A DNA stretch of 64,000 nucleotides from Candidatus Berkelbacteria bacterium (GCA_043751595.1 JAYUZR010000042.1:270-64269), one strand, 5' to 3'; positions 45,592 to 55,228 are shown, counted from the first letter of the stretch. A program made the numbers and translations. Notes: generated by a model from the letters alone, not told the origin.

Positions 45592-46176
45592 CTACCAGTT
45601 ATGAATCTTCTCTTTTCGCTTTAGCTGTCCTAGTACTTTTTCCATACGCGCTTCCAGTACTTTTGTGTTGGTTGCCGTGGCAAGCCGGTGGGCAATGGCA
45701 TACCAATTGGCCCGATCGAGCGATTCAAAGTACTCCTTCTCTTCAGGGTGTTGCTCGAGCATATCCAGAAACTCGATAGGAACTTCCATGGTACTAGCGG
45801 GAGCATAGGCCCGCTCCCATCGCCCATCTTCTTTGGCTTTTTCAATATGCACTAGGCCGCTCGGCTGCATCCGCCCCTCGGCGATTAGGCGCTCTACCTT
45901 GGCCACGTTTACCTGCGACCACACCGATTTAGCCCTGCGCTGAGTAAAGCGAATCAAATACGAGACTTCATCGTAGCGATTTATCAGACCATCAATCCAG
46001 CCCCAACAGATGGCGGACTCCACTGCCTGTTCTATGAGAATTGTCTCAATGCCACTCCCCTTTTTGTAGAGACGCAGCCAGATACCGGTAGTTTGTTCGT
46101 GGCTTTGCGCCAGCCAAGCCTCAAACTCTCGAGGAGTTGTAAAGGCGAGGACGGGAAGATCTTTGTGGGTGAGCAT
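45592..46176 (-). CDS. YdeI/OmpD-associated family (DUF1801-like) protein
   Basis: 194 aa; overall resemblance to the YdeI bacteriocin-protection family. This is a weak call. Confidence 0.4.
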   Translation of the reverse strand: MLTHKDLPVLAFTTPREFEAWLAQSHEQTTGIWLRLYKKGSGIETILIEQAVESAICWGWIDGLINRYDEVSYLIRFTQRRAKSVWSQVNVAKVERLIAEGRMQPSGLVHIEKAKEDGRWERAYAPASTMEVPIEFLDMLEQHPEEKEYFESLDRANWYAIAHRLATATNTKVLEARMEKVLGQLKRKEKIHNW

Positions 46177-46182
46177 GATCGA

Positions 46183-47157
46183 CTACTTCAGCAACCCAAC
46201 CAGCGACGTCCCGTTACTCACCCTAACTCTCGGTAACTGATACTGATCACCCGTAAACTCTTGCCCAGTAGCAACCCCAGGCTGCGTAGTGGTTGCTGAG
46301 CGATACCCAAGCTCGGCGGCTAGCCCAAGCGTTACATCGTTGTATTTGCCGGATGGGTAGCAAAAATCCAGCACCGGTACGCCGCCAAGTAGGGTCTCGA
46401 GCGCCTTTTTACTATCAGCGAGCTCGGCCCGCTGGCGATCGGGTGAAAGTGTAGCCAGGCTCTGGTGATCCACTGTATGAGAAGCAATCTCCATTCCCTC
46501 TCGATGCATCGCCACCATTTGCTCGTTGGTCATATAATGGTTGTGTCCTAACTTACCTGAGACAATATAAAACACGGCCTTCATTCCCTCTTTTTGTAAG
46601 ATAGGCAGGGCCTGGGTAAAGGCGTCGTCGTAGCCATCGTCGAAGGTAATAATGACTGGCTTTTCGGGCAGAGTACCCGCGGCGACATCGTTAAAACCAA
46701 CCGAAGTATAGCCGAGGTGCTTAAGCTCGGATAACTGCCGTGCAAGATTTTCGGGGCTTACCGAAAGGCCAATGCCAATTTTATCGTTTTGGTCCTGATA
46801 ATCGCGAATGTAGTGATACATAAGGATAGGGATCTGCTTACCCGCCGCCACCGAAAAAGCACTGGAACCACTGGGCAAAACTACCGGCTTGGCCAAAACG
46901 GGTGGAGTAGGCAGCGGCTTGGGCGTAGGGGTTGGCGTGGGCATAAGCGGATGCGGCACCACTAAATGCTCTTGGCCCGGGTCTAGGATTCTATCTGAAA
47001 CCCCCATCATCTCTTGAGCCGAAGCACCGTGAGGGTGATGCGATACTACTTTTTTGGGTCGAAAAAAGACGACCGCCAAAAGACCAGCAATAACAAGCAG
47101 TGCAACACCAAGAAGCACTAAACGACGATACGGAGAGGTGCGGATTCGAGTGGTCAT
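46183..47157 (-). CDS. polysaccharide deacetylase (CE4, NodB homology domain), membrane-anchored
   Basis: N-terminal TM helix and a Pro/Thr linker. NodB motif 1 is VIITFDDGYDD, with motif 2 around GMEIASHTVDH. Confidence 0.8.
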   Translation of the reverse strand: MTTRIRTSPYRRLVLLGVALLVIAGLLAVVFFRPKKVVSHHPHGASAQEMMGVSDRILDPGQEHLVVPHPLMPTPTPTPKPLPTPPVLAKPVVLPSGSSAFSVAAGKQIPILMYHYIRDYQDQNDKIGIGLSVSPENLARQLSELKHLGYTSVGFNDVAAGTLPEKPVIITFDDGYDDAFTQALPILQKEGMKAVFYIVSGKLGHNHYMTNEQMVAMHREGMEIASHTVDHQSLATLSPDRQRAELADSKKALETLLGGVPVLDFCYPSGKYNDVTLGLAAELGYRSATTTQPGVATGQEFTGDQYQLPRVRVSNGTSLVGLLK

Positions 47158-47199
47158 CTACCGGCCAATGGTACCAAGATTTAGCGCGCAACCCCAGAG

Positions 47200-47832
47200 C
47201 TAGGCAAGAATATGAGCGATTTGACGAGCCAAGGCCGCGTGTCCAGCCTCGGTAAGATGCACGCCATCTTCACCGACTTCCATCTCATCAGTGACATCAA
47301 GATATCCACAGCCAAGCTCTTCGCTCACCGTGCGGTATACCGCCAATAGATCGACCGACTTCTTGGTAGCGCCAGTATATTTTCCACCTTGCATGCAATA
47401 CGGAGTGAGCTCGTTAACCAACGGCGGAGATACAACCAAAACGTTAGCCCCCAACCCACGACTCTGAATACGCGCAACCAGCGTGCGCAGCATCTCCCCT
47501 ACTTCTTCAACCGAGAGAACGTAATCAGCCTTGAGCTCGTTGGTACCAAGCATCAGCACCACCCAATCAAGTGGAGCATGAGAATCGAGGCAAGGCAGAA
47601 TATACTCCGCCGCACTTCGCCCTTCTTTACCTGGACGAGGGTCTTCGCTTTCCAGTGTGCGACTATTCAGCCCCTCTTCAAGAATCTCGAACCCATCTCC
47701 CAGTAACCCTTGCAGTACGCCAGTCCAGCGCAGATTGGCCGGGTAGCGCTCGTGACTAGACCCCGGGATATACCCCCAGGTATTAGAATCGCCAAAACAC
47801 AGAATGCGGCGGGCTTGTGGGTTTTGATTCAT
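47200..47832 (-). CDS. SGNH/GDSL-family hydrolase
   Basis: Block I ILCFGDSNTWGY (GDSxT) and block V DGVHLTEAGH (DxxH). Confidence 0.75.
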   Translation of the reverse strand: MNQNPQARRILCFGDSNTWGYIPGSSHERYPANLRWTGVLQGLLGDGFEILEEGLNSRTLESEDPRPGKEGRSAAEYILPCLDSHAPLDWVVLMLGTNELKADYVLSVEEVGEMLRTLVARIQSRGLGANVLVVSPPLVNELTPYCMQGGKYTGATKKSVDLLAVYRTVSEELGCGYLDVTDEMEVGEDGVHLTEAGHAALARQIAHILA

Positions 47833-48410
47833 GGCAAGTAACTCGGATTACTAGCCAAAAAATCCATAATTTCATCAAAAAGTGGGGCAAGTTCGGGAGA
47901 AATTGAGACCTTTGCCCGCTTCATTATCTCAATCTTGGGAATAGTAATATTCTGCTCCCTCCAGAGGCGACCACCATCAAGCATGATATTAAGCATCGGA
48001 ATAATCTTATCCAACACATACACAAACTGGGCCTCGGGCGTTGTATTGGCCTCATATTCGGCAATAGTCTGGCTCATCTCCGGAAAATCGGGGAATTGCT
48101 CGGCAATCTTCTCGGCTGCCTCGCGCTCGCGCGCTTCCTTGCTATCAATACGGGCCTGGTCGCCATGCGCATGGGTATCACCGGCGTAGACCTCAACCAA
48201 ATCGTGCACTAAGGCAAAGGCGAACACTTTTTCCATATCTAGCTGAAGGCCTTGTTTCTGAATGAGATACCAGGCAAGCATCGCCAACTGGTAACTATGC
48301 TCAGCATCGTTTTCTTTACGGTCTTCACCGGGAATATAAATGGCTCGCTCTACTTTCTGTAGAGCAACCATAAACTTGGTGAAGTTGAGAGAGGATTCCA
48401 GTAAGGACAT
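47829..48410 (-). CDS. HD-domain phosphohydrolase (YfbR-like 5'-deoxynucleotidase family)
   Basis: H...HD...D metal ligands (AEHSYQLAM, ALVHDLVEVYAGD). It overlaps the SGNH gene by 4 nt. Confidence 0.7.
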   Translation of the reverse strand: MSLLESSLNFTKFMVALQKVERAIYIPGEDRKENDAEHSYQLAMLAWYLIQKQGLQLDMEKVFAFALVHDLVEVYAGDTHAHGDQARIDSKEAREREAAEKIAEQFPDFPEMSQTIAEYEANTTPEAQFVYVLDKIIPMLNIMLDGGRLWREQNITIPKIEIMKRAKVSISPELAPLFDEIMDFLASNPSYLP

Positions 48411-48451
48411 AGGAAAACTATGGCCGAACTATTCGCTGAAAGCTAGGTGTT

Positions 48452-50116
48452 TCAGCCAAAGGTAAAGGCAAAAGCGCCAGTACCTGGAGTTACAAAGCGA
48501 AGCGTTATCGTGTGATCCCCACTCTTCTCAAAGGTAGCCAAGTGATAGAGGCGATCAGAATCAATGGTAAGTGCACCATTTACCACATCTCCCCCCGATA
48601 CTTTTTCGCCATCAACCAGTACTTCAACCTTCCCAGTGGCCCCTGCGGGTGGGTTTATTACAAGATACACATCTTGAGCTTGCACCCGCATTTCTAGCTC
48701 CTCGGTACCGGTGGTTGCCATAATTCTCTCATCATCCGCCTTCCAGGGACCGGCTATGCGCCACTCACCCGACTTTAGGCTAGTACTCGTTACTAGGCGC
48801 TCACGGCGGGCCAAGCCAAGATAGGTTTCGGGTGTGCGCTGGCCTTCACTTACATACTTGGTAGTAACTTTTGTGGAGCCAGGAAGTACCGCTGAAGCAC
48901 TCGCTTCCTTTAATAGGGCCCGAATATTTGCTTCAGTCTCTTCATACGCCCCTTCCCCAAAGTGGGTATCGCGAACCTTCCCATTGGCATCAATCAAATA
49001 ATGGGCTGGCCAATATTGATTACTGTATGCGCGCCAAGTGGTAAAATCGTTATCTTGGGCGACTGGGTACTTAATCTTAGCATCAGCAATAGCCCGAGCC
49101 ACATTCTTTGGTTCTTTTTCAATGCTAAACTCAGGCGAGTGCACACCAATTACCACAAAACCCTGATCCTTATAGGTGTCATACCATTTGGTGACATACG
49201 GCAAGGTTCGCTGGCAATTAATGCAGGTGTAGGTCCAGAAATCGATGAGCACTACCTTACCCTTTAGACTGGCGAGTGTGAGCGGATCGCTATTAAGCCA
49301 GTTTGTAATACCGGTAAGCTCGGGGGCAGCACCAAGCACGGGCAGGGTACTACCAGCTACGGTGGCTTTTTTATCGAGAGTAGATGAAGGCTCTGATCCG
49401 CTAAACTTCTTCAGTTGATTCTGCACTAATTCGCTCTGCTCAAGTTGCTGGGTAAGGCCGGCACTAAACTGACTTGGAACCTTAGTAAGTAGCACCGTTT
49501 GCAGGGTTCTATCGAGCCCAAATAACATTCCAACCGAGGTAAGAATCATAATAGCCCCAAATACCTGCTGAATCCGGGAAGTATACCTGGTAAGAACTTT
49601 TACTCGCTTAATAATTCCTTGGCCGCCGTAAATAAGGGCAAGTAATGGAATGCTCGTGCCAAGCGCGTACGCAGCGGTAATAAAGACGGAAGCAAATGAA
49701 ACGGTGCTGGTTGCGGCCAGGGTAATAACCGAAGCTACAATTGGTCCCACGCAAGGAGTCCAGACGAGACCTAAGCTAATACCGACCAGTATTCCTCCCC
49801 AAAAGTCGTTTCGCTCTTTTTTCATTCCATTACTGGCTCCCATAAAACGCCCACTCCAGATCTCGAACATCACCAAGAACTTGGGAACAACCAATACCAA
49901 ACCAAAAAGCATCAAGACCACAATCGCCACTATCCTGAGCGCGTCCGGACTTAAGCCAAACTGCTTAGTAAGATAACTGAGCGAAAGCGTAAAAAAGGTA
50001 AAGCTACCAACCAACCCAACCACAATTCCTAGTGGACGCTTCTTACCCCCGCTCACTCCTGCCGAAAGTACTACTGGCAATATCGGTAAAATACAGGGGG
50101 CAAAAATGGTTGCCAT
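48452..50116 (-). CDS. CcdA/DsbD-like thiol-disulfide transporter fused to a thioredoxin domain and a C-terminal beta-rich domain
   Basis: TM region with the CcdA Cys pair (FAPCILP ... WTPCVGP), then a thioredoxin fold with CINC (CxxC), then about 150 aa of beta-rich C-terminal domain. The start is either the ATG at 50116 or the in-frame GTG at 50152, which gives a more complete TM1. Confidence 0.75.
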   Translation of the reverse strand: MATIFAPCILPILPVVLSAGVSGGKKRPLGIVVGLVGSFTFFTLSLSYLTKQFGLSPDALRIVAIVVLMLFGLVLVVPKFLVMFEIWSGRFMGASNGMKKERNDFWGGILVGISLGLVWTPCVGPIVASVITLAATSTVSFASVFITAAYALGTSIPLLALIYGGQGIIKRVKVLTRYTSRIQQVFGAIMILTSVGMLFGLDRTLQTVLLTKVPSQFSAGLTQQLEQSELVQNQLKKFSGSEPSSTLDKKATVAGSTLPVLGAAPELTGITNWLNSDPLTLASLKGKVVLIDFWTYTCINCQRTLPYVTKWYDTYKDQGFVVIGVHSPEFSIEKEPKNVARAIADAKIKYPVAQDNDFTTWRAYSNQYWPAHYLIDANGKVRDTHFGEGAYEETEANIRALLKEASASAVLPGSTKVTTKYVSEGQRTPETYLGLARRERLVTSTSLKSGEWRIAGPWKADDERIMATTGTEELEMRVQAQDVYLVINPPAGATGKVEVLVDGEKVSGGDVVNGALTIDSDRLYHLATFEKSGDHTITLRFVTPGTGAFAFTFG

Positions 50117-50162
50117 CCCCGCCAGGAATGAGAAGAGGATAAGAATAATCACGGCGAAGGAA

Positions 50163-50711
50163 TTAGAAGGTAAGGACCTGATCAAAGGTAGGAAGAATTG
50201 CCTGCTTGGTAGAGGTACCGGTGGCATCGATCCGAACAAAGAAGGTCTGGTGAGTAATGCCGTACTTCTTTTTAAGATCAGTTGCAGAATCGTAATCAAC
50301 CTTAATAATAACGGTATTTTTTCCAAGCTTTGCGAGCTCCGCGGGTGTTTCAAGCTTTTTCTGAATCGCCTGACAATCTGGGCACCACGAAGCATCGAAG
50401 AAGTAGACTACGTCTTTACCGTGATCCTTAACCAGTGCCCGAGCCGCAACCTCGGTGGTGAAGGCGATAAACGAAGCGCCAGCATCTTTGGTCATCGCCA
50501 TCTTCTCTTGCTCTTCCTTGGCCATCATCATTTTATCGGAGTCTGCCTTTTCCATTGCCATTTTCTCATCCGCGGTCATCGCCGCTGTGCTGGTGCCCTC
50601 TTTTTCCATCATCATCTTATCGTCATCCTTTTTTACCTGGTTAGCGTAGATTGCTGAACCACCACCGAGAATAACTACTAATACTGCCGCAGGAATAATA
50701 AACTTATGCAT
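50163..50711 (-). CDS. membrane-anchored thioredoxin-like protein with Met-rich low-complexity linker
   Basis: TM anchor and a Met/Lys/Glu/Asp-rich repeat region (MMMEKEG..EKMAMEKADSDKMMMAKEEQEKMAMTKD), then a thioredoxin fold with WCPDCQ. Confidence 0.65.
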   Translation of the reverse strand: MHKFIIPAAVLVVILGGGSAIYANQVKKDDDKMMMEKEGTSTAAMTADEKMAMEKADSDKMMMAKEEQEKMAMTKDAGASFIAFTTEVAARALVKDHGKDVVYFFDASWCPDCQAIQKKLETPAELAKLGKNTVIIKVDYDSATDLKKKYGITHQTFFVRIDATGTSTKQAILPTFDQVLTF

Positions 50712-50719
50712 GGAATGAA

Positions 50720-51073
50720 TTACTGATAACGCTTATACATGAAAGTAATAACCCTCCCCACCGCTGCCAGCCCCAGCACCAGCCAAAACACCATGGCAAC
50801 ATCGGACTTGGGATAGAAAATGGTAGCAGCCAAAAGTCCAGCAAGTACCGTGTAGAGAGCTGCACTATCTGCCTGCAGGCGCAGGAGTTGCTCTCGCTCA
50901 TCTTGTTCTGCCCGGGCAATCATCAGGTAAGCAACCAAAAGCCCTAAGAGTAAGATGGCCGAAATAATCTGAGTAGAAAGCATACCAATAGTAGGCATCA
51001 CAAGGCGATCAAGCGCGTACACCCCCACCCCAAAAGAAAGTAATAACCCTGAGAGCTTAGTAGATGATGTCAC
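50720..51073 (-). CDS. small 3-4 TM membrane protein co-transcribed with the XRE regulator
   Basis: 117 aa, hydrophobic, overlapping the regulator stop by 4 nt. Same pairing as at 10335..11536. Confidence 0.45.
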   Translation of the reverse strand: MTSSTKLSGLLLSFGVGVYALDRLVMPTIGMLSTQIISAILLLGLLVAYLMIARAEQDEREQLLRLQADSAALYTVLAGLLAATIFYPKSDVAMVFWLVLGLAAVGRVITFMYKRYQ

Positions 51074-51279
51074 TTGGTACTTGTTAATTGAAAAATATCT
51101 TCTACCTTCACCTTAAACAGGTGGGCCAGCTTAAGTGCTAGTACCACCGAGGGCTGATACTTATTTTGCTCCATGGCGATGATGGTTTGCCGAATTACCC
51201 CAATCCCCTCAGCAAGCTCTTGCTGAGTAAGACTGTGTTCGGCCCGAAGGACTTTAATGCGGTTTTGAAGCATGCACAT
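51070..51279 (-). CDS. XRE-family HTH transcriptional regulator
   Basis: HTH LTQQELAEGIGVIRQTIIAMEQN. It is a paralog of the 10335 gene. The real start is probably the third codon (ATG at 51273), given the promoter geometry. Confidence 0.8.
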   Translation of the reverse strand: MCMLQNRIKVLRAEHSLTQQELAEGIGVIRQTIIAMEQNKYQPSVVLALKLAHLFKVKVEDIFQLTSTK

Positions 51280-51309
51280 AATGTATAGTTAGCTATACAT
51301 TATGTCAAA
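51276..51309 (-). promoter_or_regulatory. leaderless promoter plus a 13-bp perfect inverted-repeat operator overlapping the XRE start
   Basis: On the minus strand: TTGACA (plus-strand 51303..51308), a 17-nt spacer, TACATT (51280..51285), then the ATG. The palindrome ACATAATGTATAG-ttag-CTATACATTATGT (51276..51305) covers the -10 and spacer. Confidence 0.55.
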
Positions 51310-51372
51310 TGTAGGTTACTTACTTGCTGAAAAAGAATATAGTGCCGGTAATTCGCTGCGAAACCTACACTT

Positions 51373-52008
51373 ATGGAAGAAGAAATCACCAGCAACCCCG
51401 ATATCACACCGGTAACCCATCCTCACCCGCTTTCGCATCACGAAGTGGCGCACGAAAACGATTACCAGACAGAACAAATAGCACTTGCTACTCATCAGGA
51501 CACCACTCCACAGCAAGTTGCCAAAGCCACCGTTAGCTTGCCGGTGCCCTTCCCCATTATTGTCAGCCCACTCATCATCTGCCTGCAGGTGGTGGGAATT
51601 ACGATTGTCTCCAATATCATTCTCTCTGGAATGATATTCTTTCTCGGTTATTTTGTTGATCTCACCATGCTGGCCACTGGCACTTCGATTGCATTGGTTC
51701 TTAACATCGTTCGAGCAACCTTCTTCTTATATCTGATCTGCGATATCATCACCCGCAACCTTTCCGTGGTCTACTTTGTTCGCGATGGTCATTTAGTTCG
51801 CCAAAAAGGGACGATGGATATTAGCGAGACTGCCTACAGCATGAATGATCTCAAGCAGGTGCGTATCTTTCAGGATACGCTTGGGCGTTTGGGTAACTAT
51901 GGCACCGTTATTCTTACCTTCCGTGTTGCACTCGATCCTGTCGAGCTATCCCTTGTGGGAGTACAAAAACCCCAACAGGTTGCGGCAATGTTCACCCCAT
52001 ACGTCTAG
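51373..52008 (+). CDS. membrane protein with bacterial PH-like (bPH_2/DUF304, YdbT-like) domain
   Basis: Polar N terminus, two TM helices, then a PH-like beta region (YFVRDGHLVRQKGTMDISETAY...GTVILTF). Confidence 0.45.
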   Translation: MEEEITSNPDITPVTHPHPLSHHEVAHENDYQTEQIALATHQDTTPQQVAKATVSLPVPFPIIVSPLIICLQVVGITIVSNIILSGMIFFLGYFVDLTMLATGTSIALVLNIVRATFFLYLICDIITRNLSVVYFVRDGHLVRQKGTMDISETAYSMNDLKQVRIFQDTLGRLGNYGTVILTFRVALDPVELSLVGVQKPQQVAAMFTPYV

Positions 52009-52056
52009 CGCACATTTTGATTTTGTATTGTGGATGCTCGTGCTAGACTGAGGTAC

Positions 52057-53697
52057 ATGAGCAATCCAAATCCGTACACCATCATTATCACCGGCGGCAT
52101 TGTCTCCGGCATCGGAAAAGGAATTACAGCGGCCAGTATTGGCCGTCTTTTAATTAACCGCGGATTTACCGTACGGCCAGTTAAGGCTGACCCCTATTTG
52201 AATCGGGATGCTGGCACGATGAACCCGTTCCAGCATGGCGAGGTGTTCGTCACCGATGATGGGGCCGAGACCGATTTAGACCTTGGCCATTATGAGCGAT
52301 TCTTAAACCAAAACCTGACTCGCAACGCTAATTTTACTAGCGGACTGGTCTACCACTCGGTGATGGAGCTGGAACGGGAGGGAGAATATCTAGGAAAAAC
52401 CATCCAGGTAATTCCCCACGTTACCAATGAGATAAAACGCCGGGTTGCGCTAGGTGCCGAGGATGCTCCCGACTTTTTGACGGTTGAGATTGGCGGCACG
52501 GTTGGCGATATTGAGGCCCTCCCCTTCTTGGAAGCGATGCGCCAATACCGCGACGAAAACCGGACGCGCACCGCAGTGATTCAAGTAGTAAAAATTGATT
52601 ACCTCTACCCTTCGGGCGAATCAAAAACCAAGCCAATTCAACATGCGGTAACTAATTTGCGTAGCTACGGGCTGCAACCCGATTTGCTGGTAGTGCGCAG
52701 CAAACAACTACCCGAAGACGGAGAGCTAGAAAAGTTAGCCCTGTTTTGTGGTGTGCCAGTAGAGCGGATTATTCCTGCGCCAGATGTAGATTCTTTGTAC
52801 GATATTCCGGGGGCGATGGAAAAGGCCGGGATTACCGAGCAGTTACTGAAGCTGTTTGCCTTGCCTGACCCTGGCGCCAAGGGCACGGCCCATGAGGCAT
52901 GGAGCACTATTGCCACCAAAGAAGATGCGCAACAAGGCGAGATACGCGTTGGCTTGGTAGGCAAATATACCCATCATTCCGATGCATACCTATCCGTTTT
53001 GGAAGCTATTTCCCATGCCGGACTTGCCGCGGGAGTACATACCAAAGTTATTCCGATTGATTCCGAATCTCCCGATCTACTTGATCAAGTATCGACTGTC
53101 GATGCCGTGATCGTTCCTGGCGGATTTGGGAGTCGAGGTATCGAGGGAAAGCTTGCTGCTATCAAGTATGTACGCGAAAAGGGTGTCCCGTTTTTGGGGA
53201 TTTGCCTAGGACTGCAATTGGCAGTGATTGAGTATGCGCGGTCGGTGGCCGGACTCACCGAAGCCACCAGTCTGGAGTTTGATGAAACAGCAAAGCTCCC
53301 TATTATTACGTTTATACCTGGGCAAGAAGCTATTCGCCGCAAGGGCGGCACCATGCGTCTGGGCTCGTACCCAGCCCAACTTACCGCCGGAAGCCTGGCT
53401 GAAAAAATCTACGAGAAGTATCGACCCACCGAGATTTCAGATGGGCTGATCGCCGAGCGCCATCGTCATCGCTACGAACTAAACCCTGAACACGTCGAGC
53501 AACTAGAAAAAGCGGGCTTGGTTATTTCCGGGAAACTACCTGAAATTGGCCTGGTCGAGTTCATCGAACTACCGCCTGAGGTGCATCCTTACTTTATTGC
53601 CACCCAGGCGCATCCCGAGTTTAGAAGCCGGCCCGAGCTTGCTCATCCCCTTTTTGCAGGGTTGATTGAGGCGGCAAAGCATTTCATCACTAAGTAA
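52057..53697 (+). CDS. pyrG: CTP synthase
   Basis: The start is at ATG 52057, after the SD gaggt. N-terminal synthetase domain (TGGIVSGIGKGI) and C-terminal class I GATase with GICLGLQ and the His/Glu region. Confidence 0.9.
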   Translation: MSNPNPYTIIITGGIVSGIGKGITAASIGRLLINRGFTVRPVKADPYLNRDAGTMNPFQHGEVFVTDDGAETDLDLGHYERFLNQNLTRNANFTSGLVYHSVMELEREGEYLGKTIQVIPHVTNEIKRRVALGAEDAPDFLTVEIGGTVGDIEALPFLEAMRQYRDENRTRTAVIQVVKIDYLYPSGESKTKPIQHAVTNLRSYGLQPDLLVVRSKQLPEDGELEKLALFCGVPVERIIPAPDVDSLYDIPGAMEKAGITEQLLKLFALPDPGAKGTAHEAWSTIATKEDAQQGEIRVGLVGKYTHHSDAYLSVLEAISHAGLAAGVHTKVIPIDSESPDLLDQVSTVDAVIVPGGFGSRGIEGKLAAIKYVREKGVPFLGICLGLQLAVIEYARSVAGLTEATSLEFDETAKLPIITFIPGQEAIRRKGGTMRLGSYPAQLTAGSLAEKIYEKYRPTEISDGLIAERHRHRYELNPEHVEQLEKAGLVISGKLPEIGLVEFIELPPEVHPYFIATQAHPEFRSRPELAHPLFAGLIEAAKHFITK

Positions 53698-53734
53698 ATC
53701 GAGATACACTAGAATAACTACTAGCACTATCCCC

Positions 53735-55222
53735 ATGAGCCACGAAGGAGAGTTGAACCAAGAGACGCTGCAGACGGAAACTCCCTATATTTCCTCAGAG
53801 CAGATACATGCCACAGAAAAAGCACGAGAGGCTAATCGAACGATAGTCGACTTAGTAGAGGCAATGAATGGAAGCTCGGTAATGATGCTCATTGAGAGTA
53901 ACGCAGTTACGGCATCAAACTTGGCTCTAAAGTTAGCTATCAAAAAAACTCAACCAGAGCTGGCTGAAATTGTTAAGGTGTCTACCGAGCCAGGCGAGAT
54001 AGTGCGGCAGCTACGTGAGATTCCGAACAGCACAATAGGAACGAGAGTCGCGTATGGCGAGATCCACAGAGCACTGCTTCGAGAAGATGCTGCAGCCGTA
54101 GAAGATATTTCGCAGGCTCTTCTGCGCCATATCTCCTTTGGGCGTGAATCTGGTGCAGGACTTGTTGAGCTTGAAGAGATTATCTCTGTTCTAGCAAATA
54201 GCGGCCACGGCGAGATCGCGCTCTTGTTCTACCTTAAACTACGAACTCAGTATCGTGATGCCGAAAAATCAGAGCTGGGTGAATGGTCGCAAACCGTTCA
54301 CGATTTCTATAGGCTGGCAAAGATAGCCGCCTCATTATCACGACCTGCAGAAGCACAGCAGTATTTTGATACAGCTGCGGAAATGGATCGAAAGTGGCAG
54401 GGAGAGCCAGTATTTGGTGCAACCTTCAATGGTGCAACCGCCAAGAGAACCAGGATCGCAGCAAAAGCCGCACAGCTTGGCTTGAATGTATCCCTACCCA
54501 ACGCAGAGCCAGACCAAAGGAAAGAGCAGGCAATAATTGATCTTGCCTCTGAGACAGTACTATCCCCTACCAGGATCGATAAGCTAGCCACCGGCTTTAT
54601 TGAGCGCAAGGGAGTGGATGAATCAACTGTTAGCTTCATGGTAGACCGTGCCATTGTTTCGCGAGATCCGGCCATAGTCGCAAGAACCGCTGACTACTTA
54701 TGCAGACTTATCGCCGCAACCGAAAAACTCGATGCCCGATCAGAAAAGTTACCCTACCCTTATTACCTTACCCAAACCCTTATCGGCCTCGTCAACGCCT
54801 GCCCTACTATTGAACTCATTACCAAGGCCAAAAAAACGCTTGATGCAGTGAAAAGTAATGATGGACCAAGACACTTAAGCTTATCAATGCTCGCCAAGGC
54901 AGCGACAAAACTTGCAGAAAAAGAATGGCAGACGGTCGCTACTCATAAAGAGCTTGATCAAGAGCTACAGGGAACCGAATTGCCGGAAATAGGAGCAGTG
55001 GATGCAAAAACAGCAGCTCTTCAAGAAATAAGTAGTCTCGATAATGATGAGGAGCGGGAAGCGATTGAAGGTGCAAAAGCCGAACTCATTGAGCTGGAAA
55101 AGAGATTGGGACTAGCTGATAGCGTCGATGATATCGCGCTTATCCGACAGCGAATCGCCAGCTACACTAGCCAAGAGGCAGCGAGTGTCGCAGGCCAGGT
55201 GAATATTCAATCAGGCAGGTAA
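53735..55222 (+). CDS. hypothetical alpha-helical protein (about 496 aa)
   Basis: The start is set at MSHEGELNQ; the track ORF overlaps the pyrG end. It is Ala/Leu/Glu-rich and helical, with no TM helix and no recognisable motif. Confidence 0.4.
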   Translation: MSHEGELNQETLQTETPYISSEQIHATEKAREANRTIVDLVEAMNGSSVMMLIESNAVTASNLALKLAIKKTQPELAEIVKVSTEPGEIVRQLREIPNSTIGTRVAYGEIHRALLREDAAAVEDISQALLRHISFGRESGAGLVELEEIISVLANSGHGEIALLFYLKLRTQYRDAEKSELGEWSQTVHDFYRLAKIAASLSRPAEAQQYFDTAAEMDRKWQGEPVFGATFNGATAKRTRIAAKAAQLGLNVSLPNAEPDQRKEQAIIDLASETVLSPTRIDKLATGFIERKGVDESTVSFMVDRAIVSRDPAIVARTADYLCRLIAATEKLDARSEKLPYPYYLTQTLIGLVNACPTIELITKAKKTLDAVKSNDGPRHLSLSMLAKAATKLAEKEWQTVATHKELDQELQGTELPEIGAVDAKTAALQEISSLDNDEEREAIEGAKAELIELEKRLGLADSVDDIALIRQRIASYTSQEAASVAGQVNIQSGR

Positions 55223-55228
55223 AGCAAA

